64,000 nucleotides of DNA from a virus (taxonomy: Duplodnaviria; Heunggongvirae; Uroviricota; Caudoviricetes). Numbering within the stretch: the stretch's first letter is position 1; each line of letters begins with the position of its first letter. Below are positions 1 through 9,014 of this stretch, piece after piece. Made by a program: the position numbers and the translations under genes. The notes below the pieces were generated by a model. That model was not told the DNA's origin. It made no database searches and saw only the letters and a program-made list of their open reading frames with translations. Where the stretch lies: positions 1 through 64,000 of the IMG/VR virus record IMGVR_UViG_3300005264_000029. One strand, 5' to 3'.

Positions 1-108
1 ATGAAACTGAGGTTGTTGAAGAAACAAATGAAACTGAGGTTGTTGAAGAAACAAATGAAACTGAGGTTGTTGAAGAAACAAATGAAACTGAGGTTGTTGA
101 AGAAGAAG
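1..108. repeat. 27-bp tandem direct repeat x4 ('GAAACTGAGGTTGTTGAAGAAACAAAT'), in-frame inside partial CDS
   Basis: four consecutive identical 27-mers visible at window start. Confidence 0.9.
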
Positions 109-221
109 TAGTTGAAGAAGAAGTAGTTGAAGAAGAAAAGGAAACAAGTACATTAACGATTGTGGCATATACTATTGGTATAGCTATAGGTGGATTAGTA
201 TTATGGGCATTCTTTGCATAA
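3..221 (+). CDS. C-terminal part of a repeat-rich acidic protein (ETEVVEETN x4, then EEVVEEE) with C-terminal TM anchor; 5' end outside window
   Basis: open frame from window edge to TAA at 219-221; hydrophobic tail TLTIVAYTIGIAIGGLVLWAFFA. Confidence 0.55.
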   Translation, partial: ETEVVEETNETEVVEETNETEVVEETNETEVVEEEVVEEEVVEEEKETSTLTIVAYTIGIAIGGLVLWAFFA

Positions 222-228
222 ATAACAA

Positions 229-534
229 ATGGTAGATAATAAATTAAAAACAAAGAAGATATCTAATAAATATTTATTAGATCAAGAAGTATATGTTCTA
301 ACACATAATAAGTTAGTGAATACAGAAGTTGTAGGATTTAAAAAAAATGATAGAAACGGTATTGATTATACATTAAAAGGTTTTGGTGGAATAACTAAAG
401 AATCAAATATATTTGAAACACCAAAAGATTGTTTCAATTATTTAGAAGAAAATATTACAAATCCAGATTCTTTAGGAAATAAGGTAAAAAGTAAATTAGA
501 TTCTGTAAAGAGTATGTTTAGAAATAAATTATAA
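229..534 (+). CDS. hypothetical protein (101 aa)
   Basis: ORF track; compact spacing with neighbours. Confidence 0.5.
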   Translation: MVDNKLKTKKISNKYLLDQEVYVLTHNKLVNTEVVGFKKNDRNGIDYTLKGFGGITKESNIFETPKDCFNYLEENITNPDSLGNKVKSKLDSVKSMFRNKL

Positions 535-535
535 G

Positions 536-790
536 ATGACGTTCGGGGTTTTAGAGATAGCAATGATTGGAATTATTGCTGCAGTATGGTTTGGATATAT
601 CTCTAAAGAACAATGGAATAAAGGAAGGGATAAAATAAAAAATGTTGTTGGTGAAGTTAAAGAATTAGAACATGATTTTCGCAGTGATGTTGAAGATGTT
701 GATAATAAATTAAAAGAAAAAAGAACAAAAAATGAACAAAAAGAAATTAGTGACAAGACTATTGTTGATAATGATAATTTACATAGCTAA
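536..790 (+). CDS. hypothetical small protein with N-terminal TM helix and charged tail
   Basis: ORF track; starts 2 nt after previous stop. Confidence 0.45.
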   Translation: MTFGVLEIAMIGIIAAVWFGYISKEQWNKGRDKIKNVVGEVKELEHDFRSDVEDVDNKLKEKRTKNEQKEISDKTIVDNDNLHS

Positions 791-821
791 TTTTGTATTT
801 GCTAAAGGAGTAGTACAAAAA

Positions 822-1436
822 ATGTTTGAATCTCTTAAAGGTGAATCATATAAAATAGTATCTCTTGAAATAGGCGCAGCTTTTTTTGCTGTGGCACTTT
901 TAGCACTTTATTTTTTGTTCTTACAAACAATACCATATTTTATATATTTATATTTTAAACATTCTGATATATTTTATTCTGAAGAAAAAGAAATAATTAG
1001 GTGGACATTACTAACTATCCCTATGGGAATAGTTGGCTCTACATTTAGTTTTACAATTGTAAAGGATATGATAATTCCATTCTTCTTAGCATTCTCATCA
1101 TTTCTAGGAGTAGAAGAATATATTGGTATTATACAAATAATAAATCTTACAATAACTATGGCAGTGACATTTTTTATTATTTTTCAATTACCTTTAATAA
1201 TAAAGTTTCTAACATCAATTAGAATAATATCAAAGGATAATTTAAAAATGAAAAGTGTTAGATTATCTATGTTATTAATAATAAGTGTAGTTGCTGCATG
1301 GATAACACCAAGTGATATAGTTAGTATGTTATTAGTAGCCGTGCCAATATATACAACATATGAAATAGGTATAATGATTAGTTCGGATAATTCTAATTTT
1401 GTAGAGTGTTCTCTAGATGAAATAATAACTTATTAA
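822..1436 (+). CDS. multi-pass integral membrane protein (about 6 predicted TM segments)
   Basis: ORF 732..1436; start moved to ATG 822 preceded by AGGAG at 805-809; very hydrophobic. Confidence 0.5.
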   Translation: MFESLKGESYKIVSLEIGAAFFAVALLALYFLFLQTIPYFIYLYFKHSDIFYSEEKEIIRWTLLTIPMGIVGSTFSFTIVKDMIIPFFLAFSSFLGVEEYIGIIQIINLTITMAVTFFIIFQLPLIIKFLTSIRIISKDNLKMKSVRLSMLLIISVVAAWITPSDIVSMLLVAVPIYTTYEIGIMISSDNSNFVECSLDEIITY

Positions 1437-1496
1437 AAACTCTTCCTACGCGCAAAGCACTGCGGTCGTAACTTACACACTAAAATCTGTAAAAAC

Positions 1497-1955
1497 ATGG
1501 TTAAACAAAAATTAGAAGGAATATTTACAAAATCAGTAAAGACAAGAGAAGATCTATGGTATATTAAATTACAAGTGCATCCAATGGCTCATACTGTAAG
1601 TCCAGGGGATTTCTTAGTACTTGGAAAAAATAAAAGATATTTAATTGAATGTAAGCAAGTAGACATGCGTAGAAATACAAAGAACACATGGCCGATGAAA
1701 CGTCTTACACAAGAGGAGGATATGAATAAGTTTGATATTAAGTTTAAAGACAACACAGCATACTTACTTATATTGTTCCTGCGTAGCAGACTTGATAAAT
1801 CAGACTTTTATTTAGTTCCTATATCAAAGTATAAAAAACAATTAAAGACCTGGCCTAAGAAGTCTATAAGGTTAGAAGAGTTTCAAGAGTTATTTTATGA
1901 TTGCAGAATACTTTCAGGCAAGAAAGGAATACTTGATTTGAGGACTTTAGAATAA
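1497..1955 (+). CDS. Holliday-junction resolvase (Hjc)-like PD-(D/E)xK nuclease
   Basis: motif 'SPGDFLVLGKNKRYLIECKQV' resembles Hjc 'VDLVAGNGKKYLCIEVK' (D...E-x-K); recognised by eye only. Confidence 0.45.
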   Translation: MVKQKLEGIFTKSVKTREDLWYIKLQVHPMAHTVSPGDFLVLGKNKRYLIECKQVDMRRNTKNTWPMKRLTQEEDMNKFDIKFKDNTAYLLILFLRSRLDKSDFYLVPISKYKKQLKTWPKKSIRLEEFQELFYDCRILSGKKGILDLRTLE

Positions 1956-1966
1956 ATTCACGTCAA

Positions 1967-1995
1967 TAGGTTTATAAACACTTAATCATTTATAT
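1967..1995 (+). promoter_or_regulatory. class-A archaeal-type promoter (BRE/TATA) 'AGGTTTATAAACACTTAA'
   Basis: same motif recurs upstream of genes at 4730, 14045, 15381, 21099, 26676, 32315, 36095. Confidence 0.5.
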
Positions 1996-2023
1996 TATTT
2001 ATAACACCAAATATAGTTATAAA

Positions 2024-2245
2024 ATGAGCGAGATAAAAAATATTAAAATTAATAATAAGATAGGATCTAGTGAGAAGTCATTAGTCTTTGATAGTAAGGA
2101 AGACTTACTAGAAGTATATGACATGTTAGAAAATAATAAAAATTTTGTTTTAACATATAATAATAAATCAACATTAATTATTGCAGATAATTATTACGCA
2201 CAAGTTAAAAATGGAGACATTGTATTGGAGGCAAACGAAAAATGA
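2024..2245 (+). CDS. hypothetical protein (73 aa)
   Basis: ORF track; ATGA overlap with next gene. Confidence 0.45.
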   Translation: MSEIKNIKINNKIGSSEKSLVFDSKEDLLEVYDMLENNKNFVLTYNNKSTLIIADNYYAQVKNGDIVLEANEK

Positions 2246-3621
2246 TAGGATGGATTATTTTAGCAGGATTTATTGGATTGATGGTTATTGTATTAATGTC
2301 ATTACATAGAATTGTTAGACCAAGCGAAGCACATTTAATTGTTAGAGCTTCAGGAGTAACAGGAGTATATTCTGCAACTAAAAAATTTAGAACAGATAAT
2401 GCCGGAACATCATATTTTCTAATTCCTGAATTTATTCCACACTTTGGAATGACTATTACACACCTAGATGTAACAATTAAGGAATTAAACTTTGAACAAA
2501 ACACTGTTGAACAAGACCAAGCAGAATATATTATTTCATCTTCTACTAAATATAGAACTGTTGATGCACAAAAAAATGCAGAGTCAATTCTTAGTGGTGA
2601 GGATTTAGCAGGACAATTAAAAGATATTGTACAAGCAGCTGTTAGACAAGTTACAGGTAAATATGATATTGTAAAAGCGAGATCGGAAAGAGAAGAAATT
2701 GCTACAAAAATTCAAACAGCTATTGGAAAAGATTTTGAAAGTTGGGGAGTGGAATTGGTTAATTTTGTACTTATCGATTTTAAAGATGTTGAAAATAAAA
2801 CAGTTATTCAAGATATTTCTAAGAGAAGAGAAATGGAAATTCATTCTACTACAAGAATTCAAAATGCTGCAAAGGATCAAGCTGCAAGAATGAAAGAAGC
2901 TGAAGCGGATGAAAAAGCTAAAGAGAGAGAAATTGAAAGGGACAAAGTTGTTGAAGAAAGAAAGCAAGAGATGGCCCAAGCAATTGCAGAAAAAGAAAAA
3001 GTAGCTCAAGAGAAAGCATTTGAAGTGATTAAAGTACAAACAATTAAACAAGCAGAGATTACAAAAGATGCTGCAATTGTAAAAGCCGAAGAGGATAAAA
3101 AAGTAGCTATTGTAAAAGCTCAACAACAAAAGGAAGCTGAAACTATTCTTAAAGAACAAAAGAGATTAGAGGGAGAAGGTGATAAACTTAAAGCTGAAGC
3201 TATTGCTAAAGGAGAAGCTGCACCTATTAGAGAAATGGGTAATGCTGAGGCAGAAATCATTTTAAAGAAATTAGTTGCTGAAGCTAAAGGTAAAGAAGAT
3301 TTACAAAAAGCACTTAATAAATTTACACCATCGGCAATCAATGCACTTACAGCAGAGTTACAAATTGAAGCTAATAAAGATGTAGGAATTGCAGGAGCTA
3401 AAGCGTTAGAACAATCAGAGATGAAAGTATTTTCAGGAAGTGATAATGGTGGAGGATTCGATACAGGAAAAGTATTAGCACAAATTGGAGTATCTAATTC
3501 AGGATTAGAAAATGCCATGCTTAATAAAACTGCAAGACCACAAGATTTAGGATTTACAGCACTTCAATTAAAGGATATGTATGATGAACAACAAAAAGTT
3601 GAACAATCATCCAATAAATAA
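2242..3621 (+). CDS. SPFH/band-7 (flotillin-like) membrane protein with long E/K/A-rich coiled coil
   Basis: N-terminal TM helix, SPFH-like core (...IVRASGVTGVYSA...FEQNTVEQDQAEYIISS...), then about 200 aa EA/KE-rich heptads typical of flotillins. Confidence 0.6.
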   Translation: MIGWIILAGFIGLMVIVLMSLHRIVRPSEAHLIVRASGVTGVYSATKKFRTDNAGTSYFLIPEFIPHFGMTITHLDVTIKELNFEQNTVEQDQAEYIISSSTKYRTVDAQKNAESILSGEDLAGQLKDIVQAAVRQVTGKYDIVKARSEREEIATKIQTAIGKDFESWGVELVNFVLIDFKDVENKTVIQDISKRREMEIHSTTRIQNAAKDQAARMKEAEADEKAKEREIERDKVVEERKQEMAQAIAEKEKVAQEKAFEVIKVQTIKQAEITKDAAIVKAEEDKKVAIVKAQQQKEAETILKEQKRLEGEGDKLKAEAIAKGEAAPIREMGNAEAEIILKKLVAEAKGKEDLQKALNKFTPSAINALTAELQIEANKDVGIAGAKALEQSEMKVFSGSDNGGGFDTGKVLAQIGVSNSGLENAMLNKTARPQDLGFTALQLKDMYDEQQKVEQSSNK

Positions 3622-3624
3622 AAG

Positions 3625-3681
3625 ATGAAAATCGAGAACAAAGTTCAAGTTATGAACGGAGCGAAGAGAAGTGAATATTAG
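3625..3681 (+). CDS. 18-aa leader mini-ORF (MKIENKVQVMNGAKRSEY) overlapping GTG start of next gene
   Basis: paralogous to 19176..19232 (MVMKIENEVRVLNGVVAK); conserved at nt level. Confidence 0.25.
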   Translation: MKIENKVQVMNGAKRSEY

Positions 3682-4360
3682 TAAGGTAATATTAATTTAC
3701 TTACTATTATTCTTCGGAGTTGTTGGTGCATTTTATTTTCCATATGATATATTTGAAAGTGACGAATCTACATTGGTTATTGATGATATAAAAATATATG
3801 ATAGAGCATTAACTCCTGAGGAAATTCAAGAAGAATTATATACTACAAATACATCACATAACGATGGAACATTGAACGATAAAGAATTTAATGATGGTTT
3901 AGTATATCATGAATCATTCGAAGAACAATTATTACCAAGTAATTTAACAGGTAGTGAAATATCTATATTATCTGAAGAAGCACGAATAGTGTCGATTATA
4001 AATAGTTGGTTTCCTATATTGTTTGGAATGATGTTCCTTATAGTTTTTGTAAATGCATTGACTAGAACAATTTCACCTAGTGCCAATAGGGATTCAGAAG
4101 ATGATGATAATGAAGAAGATTCCGATGAAGACGAAATTGAATGTTTAGAATGTTTAGAGTGTGGTATAGAGTATGAAAAGGAAGATAGTAATGCTACAAG
4201 ATCTGATAGATTCTGTTCAAGAACTTGCGAGAATGAATCTGAGATAGATCCAGATTATTATAATTGTGAAAGTTGTGATAGAGAGTATTATGTAAATGAT
4301 TCTAATGCAAATGATAAAATATCTTATTGTTGTAGAACTTGTGAGAAAAATGACGAATAA
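3671..4360 (+). CDS. membrane-anchored acidic protein with LamG C-terminal-motif fragment and two FCS-like zinc ribbons
   Basis: GTG start; 'IDDIKIYDRALTPEEIQEELY' matches the LamG repeat end-motif of the giant proteins; 'CLECLECG...FCSRTC' and 'CESC...YCCRTC'. Confidence 0.5.
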   Translation: MNISKVILIYLLLFFGVVGAFYFPYDIFESDESTLVIDDIKIYDRALTPEEIQEELYTTNTSHNDGTLNDKEFNDGLVYHESFEEQLLPSNLTGSEISILSEEARIVSIINSWFPILFGMMFLIVFVNALTRTISPSANRDSEDDDNEEDSDEDEIECLECLECGIEYEKEDSNATRSDRFCSRTCENESEIDPDYYNCESCDREYYVNDSNANDKISYCCRTCEKNDE

Positions 4361-4483
4361 AAGTAGTGAAGAGGTAATACAAGTAAGTACATGTAATCTA
4401 TCGAGTTGGAGAAAAAAAGAACTTATTAAGTTCTTACATCAACATAGATATTCTTGGGAAGAAGTAATAATTGATTAATAAAA

Positions 4484-4723
4484 ATGGCACATAAAACAAC
4501 GATACAATATATAGAAAAGATATCTAAAGATTTTCCTAATGGGCAATATTTTAAAGTTAAAGTTAATCCTCAGACAACTGGAGGATTTTGGAGTATTGAA
4601 ATTGATTGTTCTGAAAGGACACATGTGATAAAAGAAATAGAGCATTTTAGTAGATTTGTCGGACATATGTTTGGGGAGAATGTATGTATGGATGTTAAAA
4701 ATAATATATTAAAAATTTGGTAA
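4484..4723 (+). CDS. hypothetical protein (79 aa)
   Basis: ORF track. Confidence 0.4.
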   Translation: MAHKTTIQYIEKISKDFPNGQYFKVKVNPQTTGGFWSIEIDCSERTHVIKEIEHFSRFVGHMFGENVCMDVKNNILKIW

Positions 4724-4729
4724 AAACAA

Positions 4730-4749
4730 TAAGTTTATAAATACTTAAG
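4730..4749 (+). promoter_or_regulatory. class-A promoter 'AAGTTTATAAATACTTAAGT'
   Basis: 28 nt upstream of ligase ATG; 'GGGTGAAACGAAATG' SD region follows. Confidence 0.5.
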
Positions 4750-4777
4750 TATTAATATAATTAATGGGTGAAACGAA

Positions 4778-6157
4778 ATGGATACTGAGCTATTAGAAAA
4801 AATAAAGAATACTCCTGGAACAAATGATAAGATCTTTTTATCAGTAACAGGATTTAAAGATGATGAACATTTGTACATGACTGAATGTTTTAGTAAGAAA
4901 ATATATGGAATAGCAAAAACAAGTATTGCAAAAGCTATTGGATATGATAAAGAACATTATGGAACATTTGAAGATCTAGGAGAATTCTTAATTACAAGAC
5001 CACTTGGAGGATATGATGTTTTATCTTCTGAAGATTCTGATTATAGCTTAACTGATTTAAATAAGTTCTTAGATGGTCTAGAAAATATATCAGGTGATGA
5101 TCAAATTAATGAATTACAGAATAGATTAATTAAAGTAGACCCTTTATATAGACCTTATTTTGTAAGAGTGTTACTTAAGGATCCTAGGATGGGAATATCA
5201 TTAAAGACATATAATTCTATTAGGATTAAATCTAAGTTGAAACCTATTAAAGTACATATTGTAAAATTAGCTGAGTTACTTGAAACATCTATTCCACCAA
5301 AACCTGATGATTTTGCTAAATTAAGTTTTCCTGTATATGAAGAAAATAAAGAGGATGGAATCAGAATTTTGGTTGAATACAAGAATAAAACCGTTAAGTT
5401 AACTTCAAGAGACGGTAATGATATTACAGTGCAATATCCTGAGATAGTTAAATATACTAAAGGATTATTTGATTATTATAATGATGTAGATTCTATTACT
5501 CTTGATGGTGAAATCGTGTCATCTAGTTTCAATGCTTTACAAAAAAGAATGAACCGACTTGAGGGAAATTTAAATATAGATTTTGATCTTAAATTAGTAA
5601 CATACGATATTACTGAGATCAATGGAAAGGATTTAATTGATTTTCCATTAGCTGATAGAAGGTTACAATTAGAGACAATCAATAAATTAATGCCCGAGTT
5701 TATATTAAGTGAAATGATTGTTTGTAATACTAAGGAAGAAATATATGAACTTTTTAAAAAAGCAATTGATAATAAGGAAGAAGGTATAATGCTTAAATCA
5801 CCAAAATCTAAATGGGCAAAGAAAAAAGATGATAGAAAGGATTGGTGGAAGGTAAAGGATATTCGTGAAAATACATTTGAAATTGTTGATTTAGATTATG
5901 GTAATGGTAAGAACAAAGATGTTTTCACAATTGTATATGTAAAGGATAAAACAGGTAATATTAATTCAAAGGTTAGTGGTGGGTTATCAGATGCTGATAA
6001 AAAAACATTAACCGAAAAAGGAAAAGAATATTGGATTGGTAAATGTGTTGATATTCAATATAATCAAATAACATCTAAGAACTCTCTTAGACATCCTAGA
6101 ATAATTAAATTCCGGTTTGATAAAACTGTTGCAGATACTATAGAAAATGATGATTAG
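4778..6157 (+). CDS. ATP-dependent DNA ligase
   Basis: motif I 'KEDGIRIL' (KxDGxR), III 'LDGEIV', IV 'EGIMLK', V 'WWKVK'. Confidence 0.85.
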   Translation: MDTELLEKIKNTPGTNDKIFLSVTGFKDDEHLYMTECFSKKIYGIAKTSIAKAIGYDKEHYGTFEDLGEFLITRPLGGYDVLSSEDSDYSLTDLNKFLDGLENISGDDQINELQNRLIKVDPLYRPYFVRVLLKDPRMGISLKTYNSIRIKSKLKPIKVHIVKLAELLETSIPPKPDDFAKLSFPVYEENKEDGIRILVEYKNKTVKLTSRDGNDITVQYPEIVKYTKGLFDYYNDVDSITLDGEIVSSSFNALQKRMNRLEGNLNIDFDLKLVTYDITEINGKDLIDFPLADRRLQLETINKLMPEFILSEMIVCNTKEEIYELFKKAIDNKEEGIMLKSPKSKWAKKKDDRKDWWKVKDIRENTFEIVDLDYGNGKNKDVFTIVYVKDKTGNINSKVSGGLSDADKKTLTEKGKEYWIGKCVDIQYNQITSKNSLRHPRIIKFRFDKTVADTIENDD

Positions 6158-6497
6158 TAAAAAGACCAGAAAATATTTAATGTTAGATACTTGGCAGAAT
6201 AAATTATTATTTATTCCAAGAGTTATTTTATATTCATTAGTATTTATAGGTGGAGCTGTAATAGTTTTATGGTTTTGGATAATGAATAAATTATTAGGCG
6301 AAGAATGATGAAATATACAATAAAAATACAAAGGGTTAATTTGAACATACAAAGTAGAATTACTATACACTTGGAGTATAGCAGAGGAATAATCAAACGT
6401 TGTGTTAACATCAACAATACGATAATTAAGCAAGTATTTAGATACTTGAATAGTGAGATAGTACATTATACAAAGAATTAGACTAAGTTAAATAAAA

Positions 6498-6734
6498 ATG
6501 AAAATAGATAAAAAAATTATTGAAAAATCAAAAGAATTTAAAGTTTATTTAAAACAAAAAGAATATTTTATAAACAAATTTAATAATAAAGAATTAACTA
6601 ATTTAGATTTAATTAATTTAATAATTGAAGAAAGAATAATGAGATTCGAAACTTATAGAAAATATGTAGAACAAAGAAAAAAGAGAATAAATTTAAGTAA
6701 AAAATTAAATAAAATTAATGCGACAATTAATTAG
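6498..6734 (+). CDS. mini-gene array member (78 aa)
   Basis: ORF track; ends ...TIN* inside junction motif AATTAGATTAAGACAAATG. Confidence 0.45.
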   Translation: MKIDKKIIEKSKEFKVYLKQKEYFINKFNNKELTNLDLINLIIEERIMRFETYRKYVEQRKKRINLSKKLNKINATIN

Positions 6735-6744
6735 ATTAAGACAA

Positions 6745-6972
6745 ATGGAAAAAATAAATAAATATGAAATAACAAATAATACTAATAATTATGCTCTAGG
6801 TTATGAAGAATCAGAAAATGGAAAATGGTTAAAAGTTGAAGATGTTGAAAAAAGATTATTAGAAATAAAATCAAGAGTTTGTACTTGTGAATTTCCTGAA
6901 TCTATTTGGAATTGTCATGGGTGTAGGATAATTGAAGAATTATTTGGAAAAATCGAAGATACAATCAATTGA
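6745..6972 (+). CDS. array member, CxxC...CxxC zinc ribbon (75 aa)
   Basis: ATG inside junction motif; 'CTCEFPESIWNCHGC'. Confidence 0.45.
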   Translation: MEKINKYEITNNTNNYALGYEESENGKWLKVEDVEKRLLEIKSRVCTCEFPESIWNCHGCRIIEELFGKIEDTIN

Positions 6973-6988
6973 ATTAAGACAAATAAAA

Positions 6989-7195
6989 ATGGTAAAAATA
7001 AATAAAAGAGAATGTGATAAGTGCGAAACATTAGAAAATGTATCAACCTATAGTAAAGATTCAGAGAGTTATGATTTATGTGCTAATTGTTTAAAAGAAA
7101 ATATTTTTTATCAATTAGGAGCTAAAAAAATACTTGAAGATATAAAATATGATTTAAATGAATTAGTTGAAGACTATGAGGATACTTACAATTAG
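6989..7195 (+). CDS. array member, zinc ribbon (68 aa)
   Basis: 'CDKCETL...CANC'; ends ...TYN*. Confidence 0.45.
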   Translation: MVKINKRECDKCETLENVSTYSKDSESYDLCANCLKENIFYQLGAKKILEDIKYDLNELVEDYEDTYN

Positions 7196-7207
7196 ATTAA
7201 GTTAAAT

Positions 7208-7405
7208 ATGGCAGAAAAATATACTAAAACTTGGTGTTGTGTTTGTGGTAAAGAAACAATTCATACATATAAAATAAGGCATGGGCATAATCAACAAGAA
7301 ATGAAAAAAGCTCAAAAAGAATTACTTGAGGAATACTTTAAATTTGAAAGAAAAGATAGAAATTCTTTTATGATTTCAGAATTAAACAAACTTTCAAACA
7401 ATTAG
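7208..7405 (+). CDS. array member, zinc ribbon, C-term ...KLSNN (65 aa)
   Basis: 'CCVCGKE'; 5' 104 bp duplicated at 7794-7897. Confidence 0.45.
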   Translation: MAEKYTKTWCCVCGKETIHTYKIRHGHNQQEMKKAQKELLEEYFKFERKDRNSFMISELNKLSNN

Positions 7406-7408
7406 AAA

Positions 7409-7513
7409 ATGACAAAAGGAAAAAAAGTATATTTAACAGAAGAACAAGCACTTGAATTAATTGAATTAAGGCAAAAATTAAATTTAGAAAAAAATTTAAG
7501 TGGAATAGAATAA
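7409..7513 (+). CDS. array member (34 aa); duplicated at 10644
   Basis: 102 bp identical to 10644-10745. Confidence 0.35.
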   Translation: MTKGKKVYLTEEQALELIELRQKLNLEKNLSGIE

Positions 7514-7663
7514 ATCCTGAAAAGATACAAATATATAATTTAATATATACTAGAGCTCAAAAAGAATTACTTATGTCAATACTTTTACATAAAAAAAACA
7601 ACACTCTTGATAAATTTATAAATAAAAAAATAAAAGAATTAGAGTTAGACAATTAATTAGAAG

Positions 7664-7786
7664 ATGACACAAGAAGAAAAACAACATTTAATAACATTAT
7701 ACGAGGGAGATGCAATTAAAATAAATTGTGAAAAAGAAATTAAAAACTTCTTAGTTCTTAATGGGAGATTAAGAGAAACAAATTAG
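7664..7786 (+). CDS. array member (40 aa)
   Basis: ATG after 'AATTAATTAGAAG'; ends ...ETN*. Confidence 0.3.
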   Translation: MTQEEKQHLITLYEGDAIKINCEKEIKNFLVLNGRLRETN

Positions 7787-7812
7787 TTTCAATCAATTAG
7801 ATTAAGTTAAAT

Positions 7813-7914
7813 ATGGCAGAAAAATATACTAAAACTTGGTGTTGTGTTTGTGGTAAAGAAACAATTCATACATATAAAATAAGGCATGGGCATAATCACA
7901 ATCAATTAGATTAA
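7813..7914 (+). pseudogene. truncated duplicate of gene 7208..7405 (first 28 codons identical)
   Basis: 7794-7897 identical to 7189-7292, then diverges into junction motif. Confidence 0.5.
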
Positions 7915-7925
7915 GTTAAATAAAA

Positions 7926-8156
7926 ATGACAAAAGATAGAGATATAAGTTGGAATAAAGATATGGGAAATACAATGTTAAATTTAGCAGATAATGAATGG
8001 ATAACTTTCACAGTAAAAGGAAAAAATATGATTATAATGAACAATTCCAAATTTAATACTATGAAAGAAGAATTGCCAAATAAAAATAAATTGAAATCAA
8101 GAATTCAAAAACTAGAAAGGGAAATAGTAAGAAAAAAACAAGACGATGTGAGTTAA
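7926..8156 (+). CDS. array member (76 aa)
   Basis: ORF track. Confidence 0.4.
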   Translation: MTKDRDISWNKDMGNTMLNLADNEWITFTVKGKNMIIMNNSKFNTMKEELPNKNKLKSRIQKLEREIVRKKQDDVS

Positions 8157-8183
8157 AAAACTCAGAATACAATTAATTAGACA

Positions 8184-8363
8184 ATGAAAATTAGTAATAC
8201 ATTTAGAAAAAGTATTCAAGAAAGATGTTATGAAAATGAATCTGGAAGAATTATAGTTCCTACAGATATTTTAAATAAGTTCATTAAAGAAACAAACCAA
8301 GAAAATGAACTTAGAGGTCTGGTGAGAGGTCAAATAATAGATATTGCTAGAGGAGACAAATAA
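8184..8363 (+). CDS. array member (59 aa)
   Basis: ATG in 'AATTAGACAATG'; stop in junction motif. Confidence 0.35.
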   Translation: MKISNTFRKSIQERCYENESGRIIVPTDILNKFIKETNQENELRGLVRGQIIDIARGDK

Positions 8364-8377
8364 TTAGATTAAGACAA

Positions 8378-8527
8378 ATGATAGAAACAATAGATACGGT
8401 TGAAACAATAACAACAGACAAAGGAACTTATAAAGTTCATACTGATTGTTATAATCAAATTAGAAAAGAAGCTCAAAAAGAATTACTTGAAGAATTAAAA
8501 AATGGAAAAAGAAATAAAAATAAATAA
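8378..8527 (+). CDS. array member (49 aa), contains 'AQKELLEE' box shared with 7208 gene
   Basis: ATG inside junction motif. Confidence 0.35.
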   Translation: MIETIDTVETITTDKGTYKVHTDCYNQIRKEAQKELLEELKNGKRNKNK

Positions 8528-8615
8528 ATTAAGAGATAAAGGATTCTGTTATTTTGAGATTGCAGGAATTTTAGAATTAACATTAGAAGAAGTTAAAAAA
8601 CTTTCAAACAATTAG
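8502..8615 (+). CDS. array member (37 aa) ending ...VKKLSNN
   Basis: overlaps previous in another frame; conserved C-terminal 'AACTTTCAAACAATTAG'. Confidence 0.3.
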   Translation: MEKEIKINKLRDKGFCYFEIAGILELTLEEVKKLSNN

Positions 8616-8625
8616 ATTAAGACAA

Positions 8626-8802
8626 ATGAAAAATATAAAACTAAATAATCAAGAAATAAAAGATTTAATTTATGCAATAGATAATCAAGATTATTTAATT
8701 AATGATGAATTAGAATTAAATTTTTATTCAGAAAAAGAGGGTACGAGATTAAGTGATAGTTTATTAAATATTCGTACAAAAATCAATGCGACAGATAATT
8801 AG
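8626..8802 (+). CDS. array member (58 aa)
   Basis: ATG inside junction motif; ends ...TDN*. Confidence 0.35.
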   Translation: MKNIKLNNQEIKDLIYAIDNQDYLINDELELNFYSEKEGTRLSDSLLNIRTKINATDN

Positions 8803-8810
8803 ATTAAGAA

Positions 8811-9014
8811 ATGGTAATGAAAGAATATAAACAAAGTGTGGTTGTAATGAATTTTATTTCAGACCAATCAAATGAAGATATTGAAACAATGATTCAAGAG
8901 TTTTATATAAAACATCAAAAAAAAAAAATGATTGGAATGAATGTATTAAATTTAAAAGATAATATAAATAAATTTCCACAAATTAAAAGAATTTGTGAAG
9001 ATACAAGCAATTAG
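8811..9014 (+). CDS. array member (67 aa)
   Basis: ORF track; ends ...TSN*. Confidence 0.4.
   Translation: MVMKEYKQSVVVMNFISDQSNEDIETMIQEFYIKHQKKKMIGMNVLNLKDNINKFPQIKRICEDTSN

Noticed and set aside
1441-1496. GC-rich patch 'CGCGCAAAGCACTGCGGTCG' after gene 822..1436
   Set aside because: Only a weak 4-bp stem; insufficient for a confident terminator or RNA gene.
2617-3518. Minus-strand ORFs (2617..3159, 3120..3518) inside the SPFH gene
   Set aside because: Antisense shadows of the low-complexity E/K/A coiled-coil coding region; no start context or promoter.
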